DNA of 64,000 nucleotides from Octopus vulgaris. Its lineage: Eukaryota. Positions 26,177-39,485 of this stretch are shown one piece after another. The first letter of the stretch is position 1, and the number at the start of each line of letters is the position of its first letter. The position numbers and the translations under genes were made by a program. The stretch is taken from NCBI GenBank assembly GCA_951406725.2, contig OX597814.1, positions 4,588,001 to 4,652,000 on the forward strand, given 5' to 3'. The notes beneath the pieces were generated by a model. It ran no database searches. It had not been told where the DNA came from and saw only the letters and a program-made list of their open reading frames with translations.

Positions 26177-26207
<31 letters not shown>

Positions 26208-26270
26208 TATAGATATACATACATAGATAAATATAGTTATACATGTATACATATATATATACACATATCA

Positions 26271-26317
<47 letters not shown>

Positions 26318-26430
26318 ATAAAACTTACTTGGAAAAAGATGCGTGGCGTTCGATCATATAATAATATAAATAATATATAAATATATGCATATATACATAC
26401 ACATATGTACATACCTACATATATATTACT

Positions 26431-26571
26431 CCCGGGACTTATTCTTTGTAAGCCCAGTACTTATTCTATCGGTCTCTTTTGCCGAACCGCTAAGTGACGG
26501 GGACGTAAACACACCAGCATCGGTTGTCAAGCAATGCTAGGGGGACAAACACAGACACACAAACACACACG

Positions 26572-26623
<52 letters not shown>

Positions 26624-26788
26624 TACGACAGGCTTCTTTCAGTTTCCGTCTACCAAATCCACTCACAAGGCATTGGTCGGCCCGGGGCTATAGCAGAAGA
26701 CACTTGCCCAAGATGCCACGCAGTGGGACTGAACCCGGAACCATGTGGCTGGTTAGCAAGCTACTTACCACACAGCCACTCCTGCGCC
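26431..26788 (-). mobile_element. SINE family A, 3'-truncated
   Basis: Head and body match. Confidence 0.9.
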
Positions 26789-27473
26789 TATGTATATATA
26801 CATGCACATATGGGTACAGGACATTAAAAAAAACCTTGAACACAATGAGAAACGAAAACATAAAAACAAAAACATAGATAACGAACAATTTTTTTTCGAA
26901 CAACGAAAAAAACAGAGAAACGAGACATGTAACATAAAAAATATTCCCCTTCATAAGTTGTCCCTGTTTCATCTAATCCGCGTTACGAAGGCAAGAACGA
27001 TACGAGACTTCGTTGAAACAGTCCTTCCCGCAAAGCAAATTAAATAAAATTTGGGATTTTTTGCGAAGGGTGAAAGTGGTAACAAGAACAGGACAGTGAG
27101 AACAAACGGTGAGAGTTGTTAAGCCAAGACGATACAAAAAAATATTATGAACGCTAGGAGGACGAGCTATGAGAGGAGACAGGTATAAGCACGTCTTGTC
27201 TTTAGGAAGGAAATGGACAGAAAGATAGATTCCCTTTCGTCACGTGTCAACGACGAGAGAGTCAAGGAGGCAGAGTGAGAGAGAGGGAACTTCATCCTTT
27301 CTGGTTTTCTCTCTCACCCTTCCCTATTCTTTTCCTCTCCTCTTCACGGTTCTCTGGTGGCATATGCGTTCCGCATATTGATATTAAATACACTGACAAT
27401 ATGCTCATGAATTGAACAAAGACTCTGTTATAGTTTATTCTGTAATCAGTAAAATAATCCATGATACATTCTG

Positions 27474-27700
27474 CGAGCTGGCAGAACCGTTAGCACGCCA
27501 GGCGAAATGCGTAGCCGTATTTCGTCTGTCGCTACGTTCTGAGTTCAAATTCCGCCGAGGTCGACTTTGCCTTTCATCCTTTCGGGGTCGATAAATTAAG
27601 TACCAGTTACGCATTGGGGTCGATGTAATCGACTTAATACCTTTGTCTATCCTTGTTTGTCCCCCTCTATGTTTAGCCCCCTGTTGGTAGTAAAGAAACA
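27474..27700 (+). mobile_element. SINE family B monomer
   Basis: Flanked by gatacatt on both sides (TSD-like). Confidence 0.9.
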
Positions 27701-28414
27701 GATACATTTTAAAAAAACGGTGATGAAAATTGGAAAAGAGATGAGACTATCAAGGGAAAATATTCATGACTCATCATTTGAGTGAATTAGAAAATAGATT
27801 CTCTGCTGGGAATGAATTCCATTTACCAATTTGAAGAGTTGAGTTTTGCTATTCTGTTGTTTCATTCTATTCGCTTACAGATGTCTTTTAAGTGTTTCTA
27901 GTGTCCCTTTTTTAGCAATTAAAAAAAAAAAAACTTAAATATATTTCAATTAAAAGAGAGTAGCGAATGTCTCACATCACCGTAGAATCTTTTGGCAGAC
28001 ATGACTGTCAGCAAATGGACCCCTTTTCATTTATCTCGGTTAATATCTTTACATTTTCTTTTCTTGACTTTCTTGATAAGGCAACATACATCTGACCATT
28101 TGGAAAGAATAGTGTTGGGAGATGATATTCTTGACTAAATAATTTCAAAGTGCTACTCCAGCATGACCGCACTCTAACACAATTTGAAAAATTAATTCTA
28201 TTAAACAGGGATTATTATTTTTTGCACTACGTAATACTTTTAAAAATAATTTACTTGTTTTGTTGTTTTTTTTCGCTTTATTACATTTTTTACGAACGCG
28301 AAGAAAAGCAATTTGTTTACATATGGAATTCAAACGGAAGTTGACATTTAAAACAAGAGTGAATCTTGTAATATTAAGCATTATAATTCATGTTTAATAT
28401 ACAAATAAACTTTA

Positions 28415-28826
28415 TACTCTTTTACTCTTTTACTTGTTTCAGTCATTTGACTGCGGCCATGCTGGAGCACCGCCTTAAATCGAGCAACTCGACCCCGGGA
28501 CTTATTCTTTGTAAGCCCAGTACTTATTCTATCGGTCTCTTTTTGCCGAACCGCTAAGTAACGGGGACGTAAACACACCAGCATCGGTTGTCAAGCAATG
28601 CTAGGGGGACAAACACAGACACACAAACACATACACACACATACATATATATATACATATATACGACAGGCTTCTTTCAGTTTCTGTCTACCAAATCCAC
28701 TCACAAGGCATTGGTCGGCCCGGGGCTATAGCAGAAGACACTTGCCCAAGATGCCACGCAGTGGGACTGAACCCGGAACCATGTGGTTGGTTAGCAAGCT
28801 ACTTACCACACAGCCACTCCTGCGCC
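28415..28826 (-). mobile_element. SINE family A, full length
   Basis: Head to tail match. Confidence 0.93.
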
Positions 28827-29108
28827 TATAGTTTAAAATATTTCAAACATTCATTTGTAATTTCTTCAAAGTAACATGACTTTTTTAATAACGCGAAGAA
28901 AAAAAATTAACTGGACACAGTACCTCAATTCTTCAATCCTTAAAACATAGATATACATGTGTGTGTGTGTGTGTGTATGTGTGTGTGAGTGTGTATGTGT
29001 GTGTGTGCGTGCGTGCGCGTGTGTGTGTGTGTGTGTGTGCGTGTGTGCGTGTGTGTGTGTGTGTGTGCGCGTGTGTGCGTGTGTAGGTATGTTGAAGTAA
29101 ACATATAA

Positions 29109-29337
29109 GGCAGCGAGCTGGCAGAAACGTTAGCGCGACGGGCGAAATGCTTTCCGGTATTTCGTCTGCCGCTACGTTCTGAGTTCAAATTCCGCCGAGG
29201 TCGACTTTGCCTTTCATCCTTTCGGGGTCGATAAATTAAGTACCAGTTACGCACTGGGGTCGATACAATCGACTTAATCCGTTTGTCTGTCCTTGTTTGT
29301 CCTCTCTGTGTTTAGCCCCTTGTGGGTAGTAAAGAAA
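29109..29337 (+). mobile_element. SINE family B monomer with 20 bp TSD
   Basis: taggtatgttgaagtaaaca at 29084-29103 and 29338-29357. Confidence 0.93.
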
Positions 29338-29467
29338 TAGGTATGTTGAAGTAAACAGAAAAATAGAACTCAAGATATGAGTGTATGTATATTTTGCTTA
29401 ATATTTAGCAGAAGTAATAGGGTGACTCAAAGTCCGAGAGTTTCGTACGTTGGCACTTATCAAACTA

Positions 29468-29868
29468 GGCGCATGCGTGGCTGTGTGGTAAGAAGATTGC
29501 TTCCCAACCACATGGTTCCGGGTTCAGTCCCACTGCATGGCACCTTGAGCAAGGCTCTGGTAAACCAAAGCCTTGTTAGTGGATTTGGTCGACGGAAACC
29601 GAAAGAAGGCCGTCGTATATATATATGTATGTGTACTGTGTGTGTGTGTGTGCGCGCGCGCGCGTGTGTCTTTTTGTTTATGTTTGTCCTCTCATCACCG
29701 CTTGACAACAGGTGTTGGCATGTTTATGTCCCCGTGACTTAACGGTTCGGCAAAAGAGACTGATAGAATAATTACTAGGCTCACAAAGAACAAGTCCTGG
29801 GGGGTCGATCTATTCGACTAAATCTCTTCAAGGCGTTGCTCCAGCATGACCGAAACAAAAGAATAAAA
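29468..29868 (+). mobile_element. SINE family A, older copy
   Basis: Diverged head to tail match. Confidence 0.85.
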
Positions 29869-30220
29869 GCACACACACACACACACACATAAATCCATCC
29901 ATGACCTAATTCATCATTGCTAATACATTCTTGATAATAATAAATACTCAATCTGTCATCGAACGATTGAACAACTGCAATATTCCACCAAGCTACACCA
30001 ACTCTAAGCCAACAGCCGTGCAATGAAGAACGTTGATCTTCTATTCTCCGATAATTGATTGGGCTTTTTAATCGTAACGTGAGACTATTGTTAAAAGTGT
30101 GTCCCTTCATACATGTATTGTATCAATATCTATTTCTTACTGTACGTTCGTATCGAGTATTCTATTTTCTAAATTCATTTACAGTATATTTACAGTTTGT
30201 GTTATACATACATACATACA

Positions 30221-30301
<81 letters not shown>

Positions 30302-30379
30302 AAAAAATGAAGTTCGAAAATGCTGCTGTATTATACAATTTTTAATTTTTATATATACATTATAACATGTTTCAGTTCC

Positions 30380-30431
<52 letters not shown>

Positions 30432-30451
30432 TTTATATGAATTTATGCGTA

Positions 30452-31015
30452 CATGGTCTGATCAATAAGCATCCGGAATGTTGCTATAGTAACGAAGCTA
30501 AAGCACGCAGCGTGAAGTCGCTTGGCACATATTGATCTTGGACTCTGCTGTGCGGGCGCACAAACTTTTATAGCTCTGGGTCACTTCCGCTGTTTACAGC
30601 CGTGCTTGGAAGGAAGGTGTGTAGCGTGTGATCATAGCATTGACCATGACAGAGAAAGTTGAGCAGAGAATCTGCATCAAACTTTGCCAAATGCTTGGCA
30701 ATACTTGCTCAGAGGCCAACACACTAACACACACACTCACACTCACACTCATACATGTATATCTATGTTTTTAAAAGGTTTTCATCGTTCTCGACACAAT
30801 CAAGGAGATCTTGTGCACCTGAAACCCAAGTGTCTTTTCGCTCAACTGAAAGCAGTTTTGGCACAAACTAGGTAGACACACGTCTCATACCCAAATCTTC
30901 AGTGATAATCGACTGAACTGAACTGTAACTAATCTGCACATCCTTCGATAACTCAAGGATGGTGATTCAACGATCTCCCCTCAGAGCTGCACGCAGATCA
31001 GCGTTGTTTTTCTCA
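30452..31015. mobile_element. Rearranged mariner-like remnant
   Basis: TA|CATGGTCTGATCAATAAG end and MTEKVEQRICIK on +; EDLGMRRV-like segment on - after a (CA) tract. Confidence 0.65.
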
Positions 31016-31021
31016 GTTTTG

Positions 31022-31545
31022 CTGGTTGTGAGTCTAAGTAACCTTAGATGCCAAGAGCCCTCCTAAGCATCCAAACTGTCCCTAATAACACTGTTTTCTG
31101 GAGCTGTACTAAATTATGTGTTATGCCTATTTCCTCTATCCATCTGTTCGAATCTTTAGCGATAGTTCCCAATGCACCTATAACTACTGGAATAGATTTT
31201 ACCCGCACTTTCCATAGTCTCTGTAATTCAGTGGTTGGGTCCTGGTACTTTGCTATTTTTTTCTAAACCATTTATATTGACTTTCTCATCATTTGTGACT
31301 GTAAAGTCAATTATCTGGCACTTTCTATTCTCTTTACCTACTGCTACTAAAACCAGGCCTTCTAGCTTCTATTACTCTGCCAGTCTGAATGTTAAACTCC
31401 CACAACATCTTTTATGTCTTACTTTCTAGTACTTTTACTAGGTTCATCTTCATATTATTAGTATAGTCAAATCTTAGCTTTCTACATACCTCCCTGTGGA
31501 TTACTCTCCCTAGGTTATCATGTCTTTTCTTGTGTCTATTATTAT
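31022..31545 (-). pseudogene. R4/Dong-type LINE 3' end (RLE region)
   Basis: rc remnants IIDF, LWKV..KSIPVVIGALGTI, LQKTVLLGT. Confidence 0.7.
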
Positions 31546-31820
31546 CATTGCAGCGTGGAAGGTGTTTATAAGCCATTTAAGAAACACACAAAAGCCGTTC
31601 GATTCACTTCAACATTTAAGTTTAATTTGTCAAAATATTTTCGTCGCTAAATCCGCGACCTGTTCACTGGCAAAAATCCGTGCTGCATTTTTGTCAGTGA
31701 ACAGGTCGCGGTCTTAAAGCGACGAAAATATTTTGACAAATTAAACTTAAATTTTGAAGTGAATCGAACGGCTTTTGTGTGTTTCTTAACTGGCTTACAA
31801 ACACCTTCCACGCTGCAATT
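31546..31820. repeat. ~270 bp imperfect palindrome with degenerate hammerhead-like fold (Penelope-like terminal repeat)
   Basis: Arms ttgcagcgtggaaggtg.../...caccttccacgctgcaa; tttgtca..gtcgc/gcgac-GAAA-atat-TT-tgacaaa. Confidence 0.75.
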
Positions 31821-31879
31821 GTTTTCGTTTCAGCACACGATCTCAGATCAAATCACTTGCTATGCAAGTACATCTCCGT

Positions 31880-32235
31880 AATTATTATCATTATTTGATG
31901 AAAACTCACAGCTTACTTTGCTGTGAGTTTCAGCTATTCGCAGCCAAGCGACTAAGGTGACACTCGTTTACTGGTCATGCTTCAAGGACCCTACCAAGAA
32001 TTCTTGCATTTCCAAGCAATGTTGATTTTTGTAGGTGCCCTGCCTTTTCATTTGTACCAATCTTTTTCAGCCATGTTGAGTGCACCAATCACTATTGGTA
32101 CCACGTCAACTCTCCTCATTGACCACAACCTTCATATTTCCCACTTCAAATCTTCATGGTTGTTCGGTTTTTCTTCTTCTTTCTCTTTGATCCGGTTGGC
32201 ACTGGGACATGTGATGTCGGTTATCATGCATGCGC
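31880..32235 (-). pseudogene. Second R4/Dong-type RLE 3' fragment
   Basis: ITDITCP..NRIKEKEEEK...DLKWEI*RLWSMRRVDVVPIVIGAL. Confidence 0.7.
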
Positions 32236-32250
32236 CCCACCCCCAACTCC

Positions 32251-32668
32251 AGCGGCGAGCTGGCAGAAACGTTAGCACGCCGGGCGAAATGCTTTGCGGT
32301 ATTTCGTCTGCGTTACGTTGTGAGTTCAAATTCCGCCGAGGTCGACTTTGCCTTTCATCCTTTCGGGGTCGATAAATTAAGTACCAGTTACGCACTGGGA
32401 TCGATGTAATCGACTTAATCCCTTTGTCTGTCCTTGTTTGTCACCTCTGTGTTTAGCCCGTTGTGGGTAATAAAGAAATAGGTATTTCGTCTGCCGTTAC
32501 GTTCTGAGTTCAAATTCCGCCGAGGTCGGCTTTGCCTCCCTTCCTTTCGGGGTCGATAAATTAAGTACCAGTTACGCACTGGGGTCGATGTAATCGACTT
32601 AATACCTATGTCTGTCCTTGTTTGTCCCCTCTGTGTTTAGCCCCTTGTGGGTAGTAAAGAAATAGGTA
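32251..32668 (+). mobile_element. SINE family B dimer
   Basis: Junction aaagaaata-ggtatttcgtc at ~32480. Confidence 0.92.
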
Positions 32669-33163
32669 ATGGAATGGATGAAAGGGTAGAGTGAAAGAGT
32701 AGCATGAGAAATGTTATTTCCCATAAGGTTGCCAGTTCAAACCTGAAAGGAACAAACCTTCATTTTTTTACATTAATCAAAGACCAATGGCAATTTGATT
32801 GTCTGTTAAATCAGTTATACCATTTCTCAAACTAGGAATCCTTATTTTATTCCTGTAAGAAGTAATTCTCTTCGATGTGCGTATTTCAAGTTTAAATTTT
32901 ATTTTCAGCTAAAACATTTGCTGTTTTATTGAAGTTAATGTAAACACCGGATCGCATTACATTTTTATGCCGTAGTCTTAGCAACACTTTAACACTAAGC
33001 TTATTTAACTCGTATGACAGAACTACTTAATTAGGGGGTCTATTTGACATAAGTGTCACTCTGTTTCCAACAGATTACAATCCTAAACCGACCGCCACTG
33101 TGACAGCAGCTGTAACCTCTTAGTCAACAACACACGTCTCTGCTATTGTTCACACACATTCTC

Positions 33164-33239
<76 letters not shown>

Positions 33240-34417
33240 TCTAGCTCACTTCCTTTCTACTCTCAAAATAATTATGTTTTTGTTTTTGTCGTTGAAGTTT
33301 TAGCTGAATCCTCGTTATCAGGATTTAGAATCATGGTATTTTAATGAGCTCTATTGACAGGATTCCGTGAAATCTTAGAAACGGCACCAAATACCTATCT
33401 CTTCGTTAAAGATTCATTATCATGTTAGTTTTACCAACATACTGATACACAAACAATGCATTGGATATTGCAAAGACTATCGTTGATCAGTTATCGATCT
33501 TTTAACGATTTATGCTGGAGCCACGGTAGAGTACTTCCGAAATGTGTACGACGATACTAGAGAAATATTGACAAAGATAATTTTAAAAGACAGGATAGTC
33601 ATGGCTGGAATGTCTTTCATCACAGATGTACTCAGTCACTTCTGACCTGAGACTAAACAACCACAATCTAGACTACATACGAAACAGTTCCTTCGTTCGT
33701 ATTTTTTGTTTGTTTTTGTCTTGCAACCACTTTTTCTTTCATTCTCTATCTTTTACCTTCCTTCAATATTTTCTTTTGACGAAGAACTAACTTTCGAAAC
33801 GTCAAAACTATTTCCCTTCCTTTTGATCATTAAGCTAATACAACGTTTGTTAAAACTTGTCTCTCCTGTGTTGTCTTCTTTTATTTCGTATTCAGTGCTT
33901 TCATAAAACAAACGAAAGTATGTTGGTCGACAGTCTACAGACTACAAACACTGGCTCACAAGATTTCTCCGTCTCTTCTCCTCACACTACACCTCTCTTT
34001 ACACCTCTGAACTAACAAATGACACTCTTCCTCCCTCTCCTCCTCTCATTATATCTACTCCGTGAACAGGAGGATCATTAGCAGAAACACGTGTCAGATT
34101 GTCCAATACTTAGCAATCAGTGTTCAAATATCGCCGAAGCTAACTTTACCTTTTATCCCTTCGGGGTCGATCAAATACCAGTTGTGTACTGGGATCGATG
34201 TAGTCAACTAACCCCGTTCTCTAAACGTGTCGACCTTGTGCCTAAACTAGAAAATCCTTCTCTTCACTATCTCATCCTGTTAACTCTGGATAAATACTTC
34301 TCCAGAACTATAGTGACCCCTAATGTTCCTCTTCCAACAATGTTTTCTCTAAATCTGCTCAGACTGAAGATGTTGAACTAAACACTTAAACCCATGTTGC
34401 CAACTGAACAGAAAAAT

Positions 34418-35129
34418 ACAGTTCTATATTTAAGAGACGAGGAATTATTTACATTATTTACATTTGACGGATATTTGTCCTCATCTTGTTTGTTGTTAAC
34501 ACAACAAGTTTCAGCTGATATACCCTCCAGCCTTCATCAGGTGTCTTGGGGGAAATTTCAAACATGGGTTCTCATTCCTAAGGTATTTTTCGGTGTTATT
34601 AGTATTGTTGTTGTTGTTGTTGTTGTTGTTCAGGTCACTGCTTGGAATCGAACTCGGAATCTTGGGGTTAGTAGCCCGCGCTCTTAACCACTACGCCATA
34701 TGCCCGTGGCAACTAACACCAAAATTCCAAGTTCGATTCCAAGCAGTGACCAGAACAACAACAACAGCAACAATGCTACTAATAACACCGAAAAATACCT
34801 TAGGAATGAGAACCCATGTTTGAAATTTCCCCCAAGACACCTGATGAAGGCTGGAGGGTATATCAGCCGAAACGTTGTGTTAACAACAAACAAGATGAGA
34901 ACAAATATCCATTAAATGTAAATAATATAAATAATTCCTCAACAACAACAATAATAATAACAATAACAATAATAATAATAACACCGAAAAATACCTTAGG
35001 AATGAGAACCCAGGTCCGAAATTTCCCCAAGACACCTGATGAAGGCTGGAGGGTATATCAGTTGAAACGTTGTGTTAACAACAAATAAGATGAGGACAAA
35101 TATCCGTCAAATGTAAATAATGTAAATAA
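34418..35129. mobile_element. tRNA-headed, hammerhead-bearing element in inverted plus tandem arrangement with 13 bp TSD
   Basis: TSD tgaacagaaaaat at 34405-34417 and 35130-35142; tRNA-like head 34640-34705 (-); three hammerhead motifs. Confidence 0.85.
34836..34881 (+). ncRNA. Minimal type I hammerhead ribozyme motif
   Basis: gacac-CTGATGA-a-ggctg..cagcc-GAAA-CG-TT-gtgtt; further copies at 35031-35076 (+) and 34498-34545 (-). Confidence 0.8.
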
Positions 35130-35410
35130 TGAACAGAAAAATGTCTCCGGAATTTATGAAAACAAATTATCGTCTGCTTGAAGACTTAAATGTGAGAACA
35201 TGTTTTATACTTTATCTCTTCTTCGTTGACAGGTTGTGTGTGTGAGGGGGGAGCGTGTGTATGGGAAGGATGTGTATGTGTGTGGAAATGCGTGGGGGTG
35301 GTATGTATTCGTGTCATATGTGTGTGTAAATGTGTGTAGTGCGTACGTGTGTGTGTGATGTGTGTGGGTGTGAATGTGTTTCTGCTGGGTATGTAAATAT
35401 GGGGATATAC

Positions 35411-35807
<397 letters not shown>

Positions 35808-36012
35808 CTTGATATGTAGACGTAGGGATATATGGTATGTGCTTGTTTGAATATGTATATGTGCGCGAATGCGCGTATGCCTGGAGATATGTGAATATGT
35901 ATATATGGAGATATATGCGTGTGTATAACCAGAGCGAAAGGATTGGCAGATTAAAAGTTCTTTTCATAGAACTGGAATTTTAGGCATTCTCCACTCCAAT
36001 ATCTCTATGTAT

Positions 36013-36084
<72 letters not shown>

Positions 36085-36147
36085 GCACACACGCTCACAC
36101 ATACACATATATCAAATGAACAAAAACAGACGACGGATAATTGTCAG

Positions 36148-36234
36148 CTCGTTACAGCTGTTTCTCACGAAACTTTTAATAGAAGAATGAGGACATCACA
36201 TTATTATAAAAGACCGTAATCATCATCAGATGAG
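36148..36234 (-). ncRNA. Hammerhead ribozyme motif in a dispersed repeat (paralog at ~11275-11395)
   Basis: rc ctcat-CTGATGA...GAAA-C-AGCT-G-TA-acgag. Confidence 0.6.
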
Positions 36235-36269
36235 AAGTAATTTTATAAAATAAAGAATATCCAGGAATA

Positions 36270-36688
36270 GGCGCAGGAGTGGCTGTGTGGTAAGTAGCCT
36301 GCTAACCAGCCACATGGTTCCGGGTTCAGTCCCACTGCGTGGCATCTTGGGCAAGTGTCTTCTGCTATAGCCCCGGACCGACCAATGCCTTGTGAGTGGA
36401 TTTGGTAGACGGAAACTGAAAGAAGCCTGTCGAATATATGTATATATATGTATGTATGTGTGTGTGTGTGTGTGTGTGTGTGCCTGTGTTTGTCCCCCTA
36501 GCATTGCTTGACAACCGATGCTGGTGTGTTTACGTCCCTGTCACTTAGCGGTTCGGCAAAAGAGACCGATAGAATAAGTACTGGGCTTACAAAGAATAAG
36601 TCCCGGGGTCGATTTGCTCGACTAAAGGCGGTGCTCCAGCATGGCCGCAGTCAAATGACTGAAACAAGTAAAAAGAGTAAAAAGAGTA
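36270..36688 (+). mobile_element. SINE family A, full length
   Basis: Head to tail match. Confidence 0.93.
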
Positions 36689-36956
36689 ATACAGCAAGGA
36701 TAAGTCTATCGAGGCCAGCTATGAATGGTAGAATGAGCAACTCTGTTGGCAGTTTAGGTTAAGAATGTAGTTCTTCAAAGTGTGTCATTTAATATCTAAA
36801 GGCAGTGACTCGGGTGAGAAGGGGTCTGCTAGAGTAGATCCTGGGTAGACTGGAGTGGGCTGTAGGAGAAAATTCATTATGGTAAGCTATGGGTTGCGGT
36901 AAGTAAGGAGGGGTCATAAAACAATTAATAATAATAATAATAATTGACATTGAAAT

Positions 36957-37238
36957 ACCTATTTCTTTACTACCCACAAGGGGCTAAACACAGAGAGGAC
37001 AAACAAGGACAGACAAACGGATTAAGTCGATTATATCGACCCCAGTGCGTAACTGGTACTTAATTTATCGACCCCGAAAGGATGAAAGGCAAAGTTGCCC
37101 TCGGCGGAATTTGAACTCAGAACGTAACAGCAGACGAAATACATATTTCTTTACTACCCACAAGGGGATAAACATAGAGGGGACAAACAAGGACAGACAA
37201 ACGGATTAAGTCGATTATATCGACCCCAGTGCGTAACT
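36957..37238 (-). mobile_element. SINE family B headless dimer
   Basis: Two tails with junction at ~37142; abuts a SINE C fragment. Confidence 0.88.
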
Positions 37239-37487
37239 GATCCCTGCTGTACTCTTTCACCACAACTTTCTCTCACTCTTACTTCCTGTTTCTGTTGTAC
37301 CTGTACTTCAAAGGGCCGGCCATGTCACTCTCTGTGTCACGCTGAATATCCCCGAGAACTGCGTTAAGGGTGCACGTGTCTGTGGAGTGCTCAGCCACTT
37401 ACACGTTAATTTCACGAGCAGGCTATTCCGTTGATTCAGATCAACCGGAACCCTCATCGTCGTAACCGACGGAGTGCTTCCATCCAT
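37239..37487 (+). mobile_element. SINE family C 3' fragment
   Basis: gatccctgctgtactc...ggagtgcttccatcca. Confidence 0.88.
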
Positions 37488-37986
37488 GCCAGTGGCCCTC
37501 CAGGTTCTGATATTATTGTGAAGACCAAAATAATATCAGAAATGGCAGGACTCATGCAAAAGGGAAAGGACACCATCAGTATCGATGCTGTTCAGTAGAT
37601 CTACCCCACTGGGTACCACACACATACTACAGGAACTCCCATCAACCAAATAGCCTGTTCCCTGCAAAGGCTCAGGTCCATTCATTGTCTGGGTCCAGGC
37701 CAACAAAATATAAAACAAGGAGCACAAAAGGAACCGCAGCAGCAGCAGCAGCAGCCGTCCAAGAGTTTGGACCTGGAGATCTCCATTTCCAGCGACTTCG
37801 AAGGCCACCTCCCAGTGGTGTCGGGCGTCAACGAAGAGCCCTCGACTACGACAAGACGACCAAAGTTTTTTTTATTTTCCCAAGGTCTGGGGTCTCCCGC
37901 TCCTAAGCCCTAGACCATCACCTAATCACCCTTACCCGTCTTGTTGCTTAACAACAACAACAACAACAACAACAGTAGCAGCACCT

Positions 37987-38050
<64 letters not shown>

Positions 38051-38407
38051 ACAAAATTCCCTAATTGACAAATGCGTAATGTGTGAATGAAGCTGGAGAG
38101 GCAGTGTAGCATATTTTAAGCGAAAGCTGAAAATCGTTTCAGAGATGATACAAGTGGAATCGTGACAGCGTCGCCAGAATGGCTCACTGAGAATCAGGAA
38201 ATAAATTTGCAACGCCAGAAATTTTACTCCCAAACGAGGAATGACTTTAGTTTTTGTTTAGAAATTAAATTATAAAAGAAAATGTTCTTAGAAATTTTAT
38301 CATAAACTAAAAAATTAAAACTACACAACTTCCAAGAAATCCTCTAAAAATATATTTTGTCAAGATAAAATGTTCCTTGTTGTGTACGTATGAATAGTTA
38401 GGTAGAT

Positions 38408-38798
38408 GGAGGCGCAATGGCCCAGTGGTTAGGGCAGCGAACTCGCGGTCATAGGATCGCGGTTTCGATTCCCAGACCGGGCGTTGTGAGTGTTTATTGA
38501 GCGAAAACACCTAAAGCTCCACGAGGCTCCGGCAGGTGATCCCTGGTGGTGATCCCTGCTGTACTCTTTCACCACAACTTTCTCTCACTCTTACTTCCTG
38601 TTTCTGTTGTACCTGTATTTCAAAGGGCCGGCCTTGTCACTCTCTGTGTCACGCTGAATATCCCCGAGAACTACGTTAAGGGTACACGTGTCTGTGGAGT
38701 GCTCAGCCACTTACACGTTAATTTCACGAGCAGGCTGTTCCGTTGATTCGGATCAACCGGAACCCTCGTCGTCGTAACCGACGGAGTGCTTCCATCCA
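38408..38798 (+). mobile_element. SINE family C, full length, inserted into the tail of a SINE D copy
   Basis: TSD ttaggtagat at 38398 and 38800; downstream flank homologous to rc of 41190-41360. Confidence 0.92.
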
Positions 38799-39104
38799 AT
38801 TAGGTAGATATAATTCATTTTAGGAGTAGTGGATCTCGAAGCAGACAAAGCTATAAACGATAGCGTGGACATAAAGGGTTTGAAAATCTTTCAGATAGAA
38901 AAATCCAAAGGCTCACCGTGTGACACGAACCCATATGTCCCGTAAACGTCACAGGTGTTCTACCATACATACATACAAATATACGCAAACACACGCACAC
39001 ACACACAAACACACGCACACACGCACACACACACATTTAGATTGGCACCTGACTCCCACACTGACACGGGTCCTCACGAGGAAGAAACAAAAATTAAAAA
39101 AAAA

Positions 39105-39440
39105 CAGGTTCTCCGTCGGTTACGACGACGAGTGTTCCAGTTGATCCAATCAACGGAACTCCCCCTCACATGAAATTAACGTGAAAGTGGCTGAGTACTC
39201 CACGGACACGTGTGTCCATAACATGGTTCTCAAGGAGATTCAGTGTGACACAGAATGTGACAGGACATTACCCCACCCCACCCCTGTGAATTACTGGTAC
39301 TTCTCATTTTTGCCAGCTGAGTGGCCTGGAACAACTTGAAATGAAGTATCTTGCTCAAGGACACAACGCGTCGCAAGGAATCGAACCCTCAACTTTACGA
39401 TCGTGGGCCAAATACGCTAACCACGAAGCCACGAGCCTTC
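39105..39440 (-). mobile_element. SINE family C, older copy
   Basis: Diverged rc match. Confidence 0.8.
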
Positions 39441-39485
39441 AAAGGATAAAAACATGCTGCGACAAAATAGGTTTGTTCCGACATA

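Noticed and set aside
26960-27030. Hammerhead in the repeat family at 8420-8975 and 26810-27300
   Set aside because: Core boxes too degenerate to call
37490-37950. GC-richer segment as exon or LINE ORF1 remnant
   Set aside because: Stops in candidate frames and no diagnostic motif
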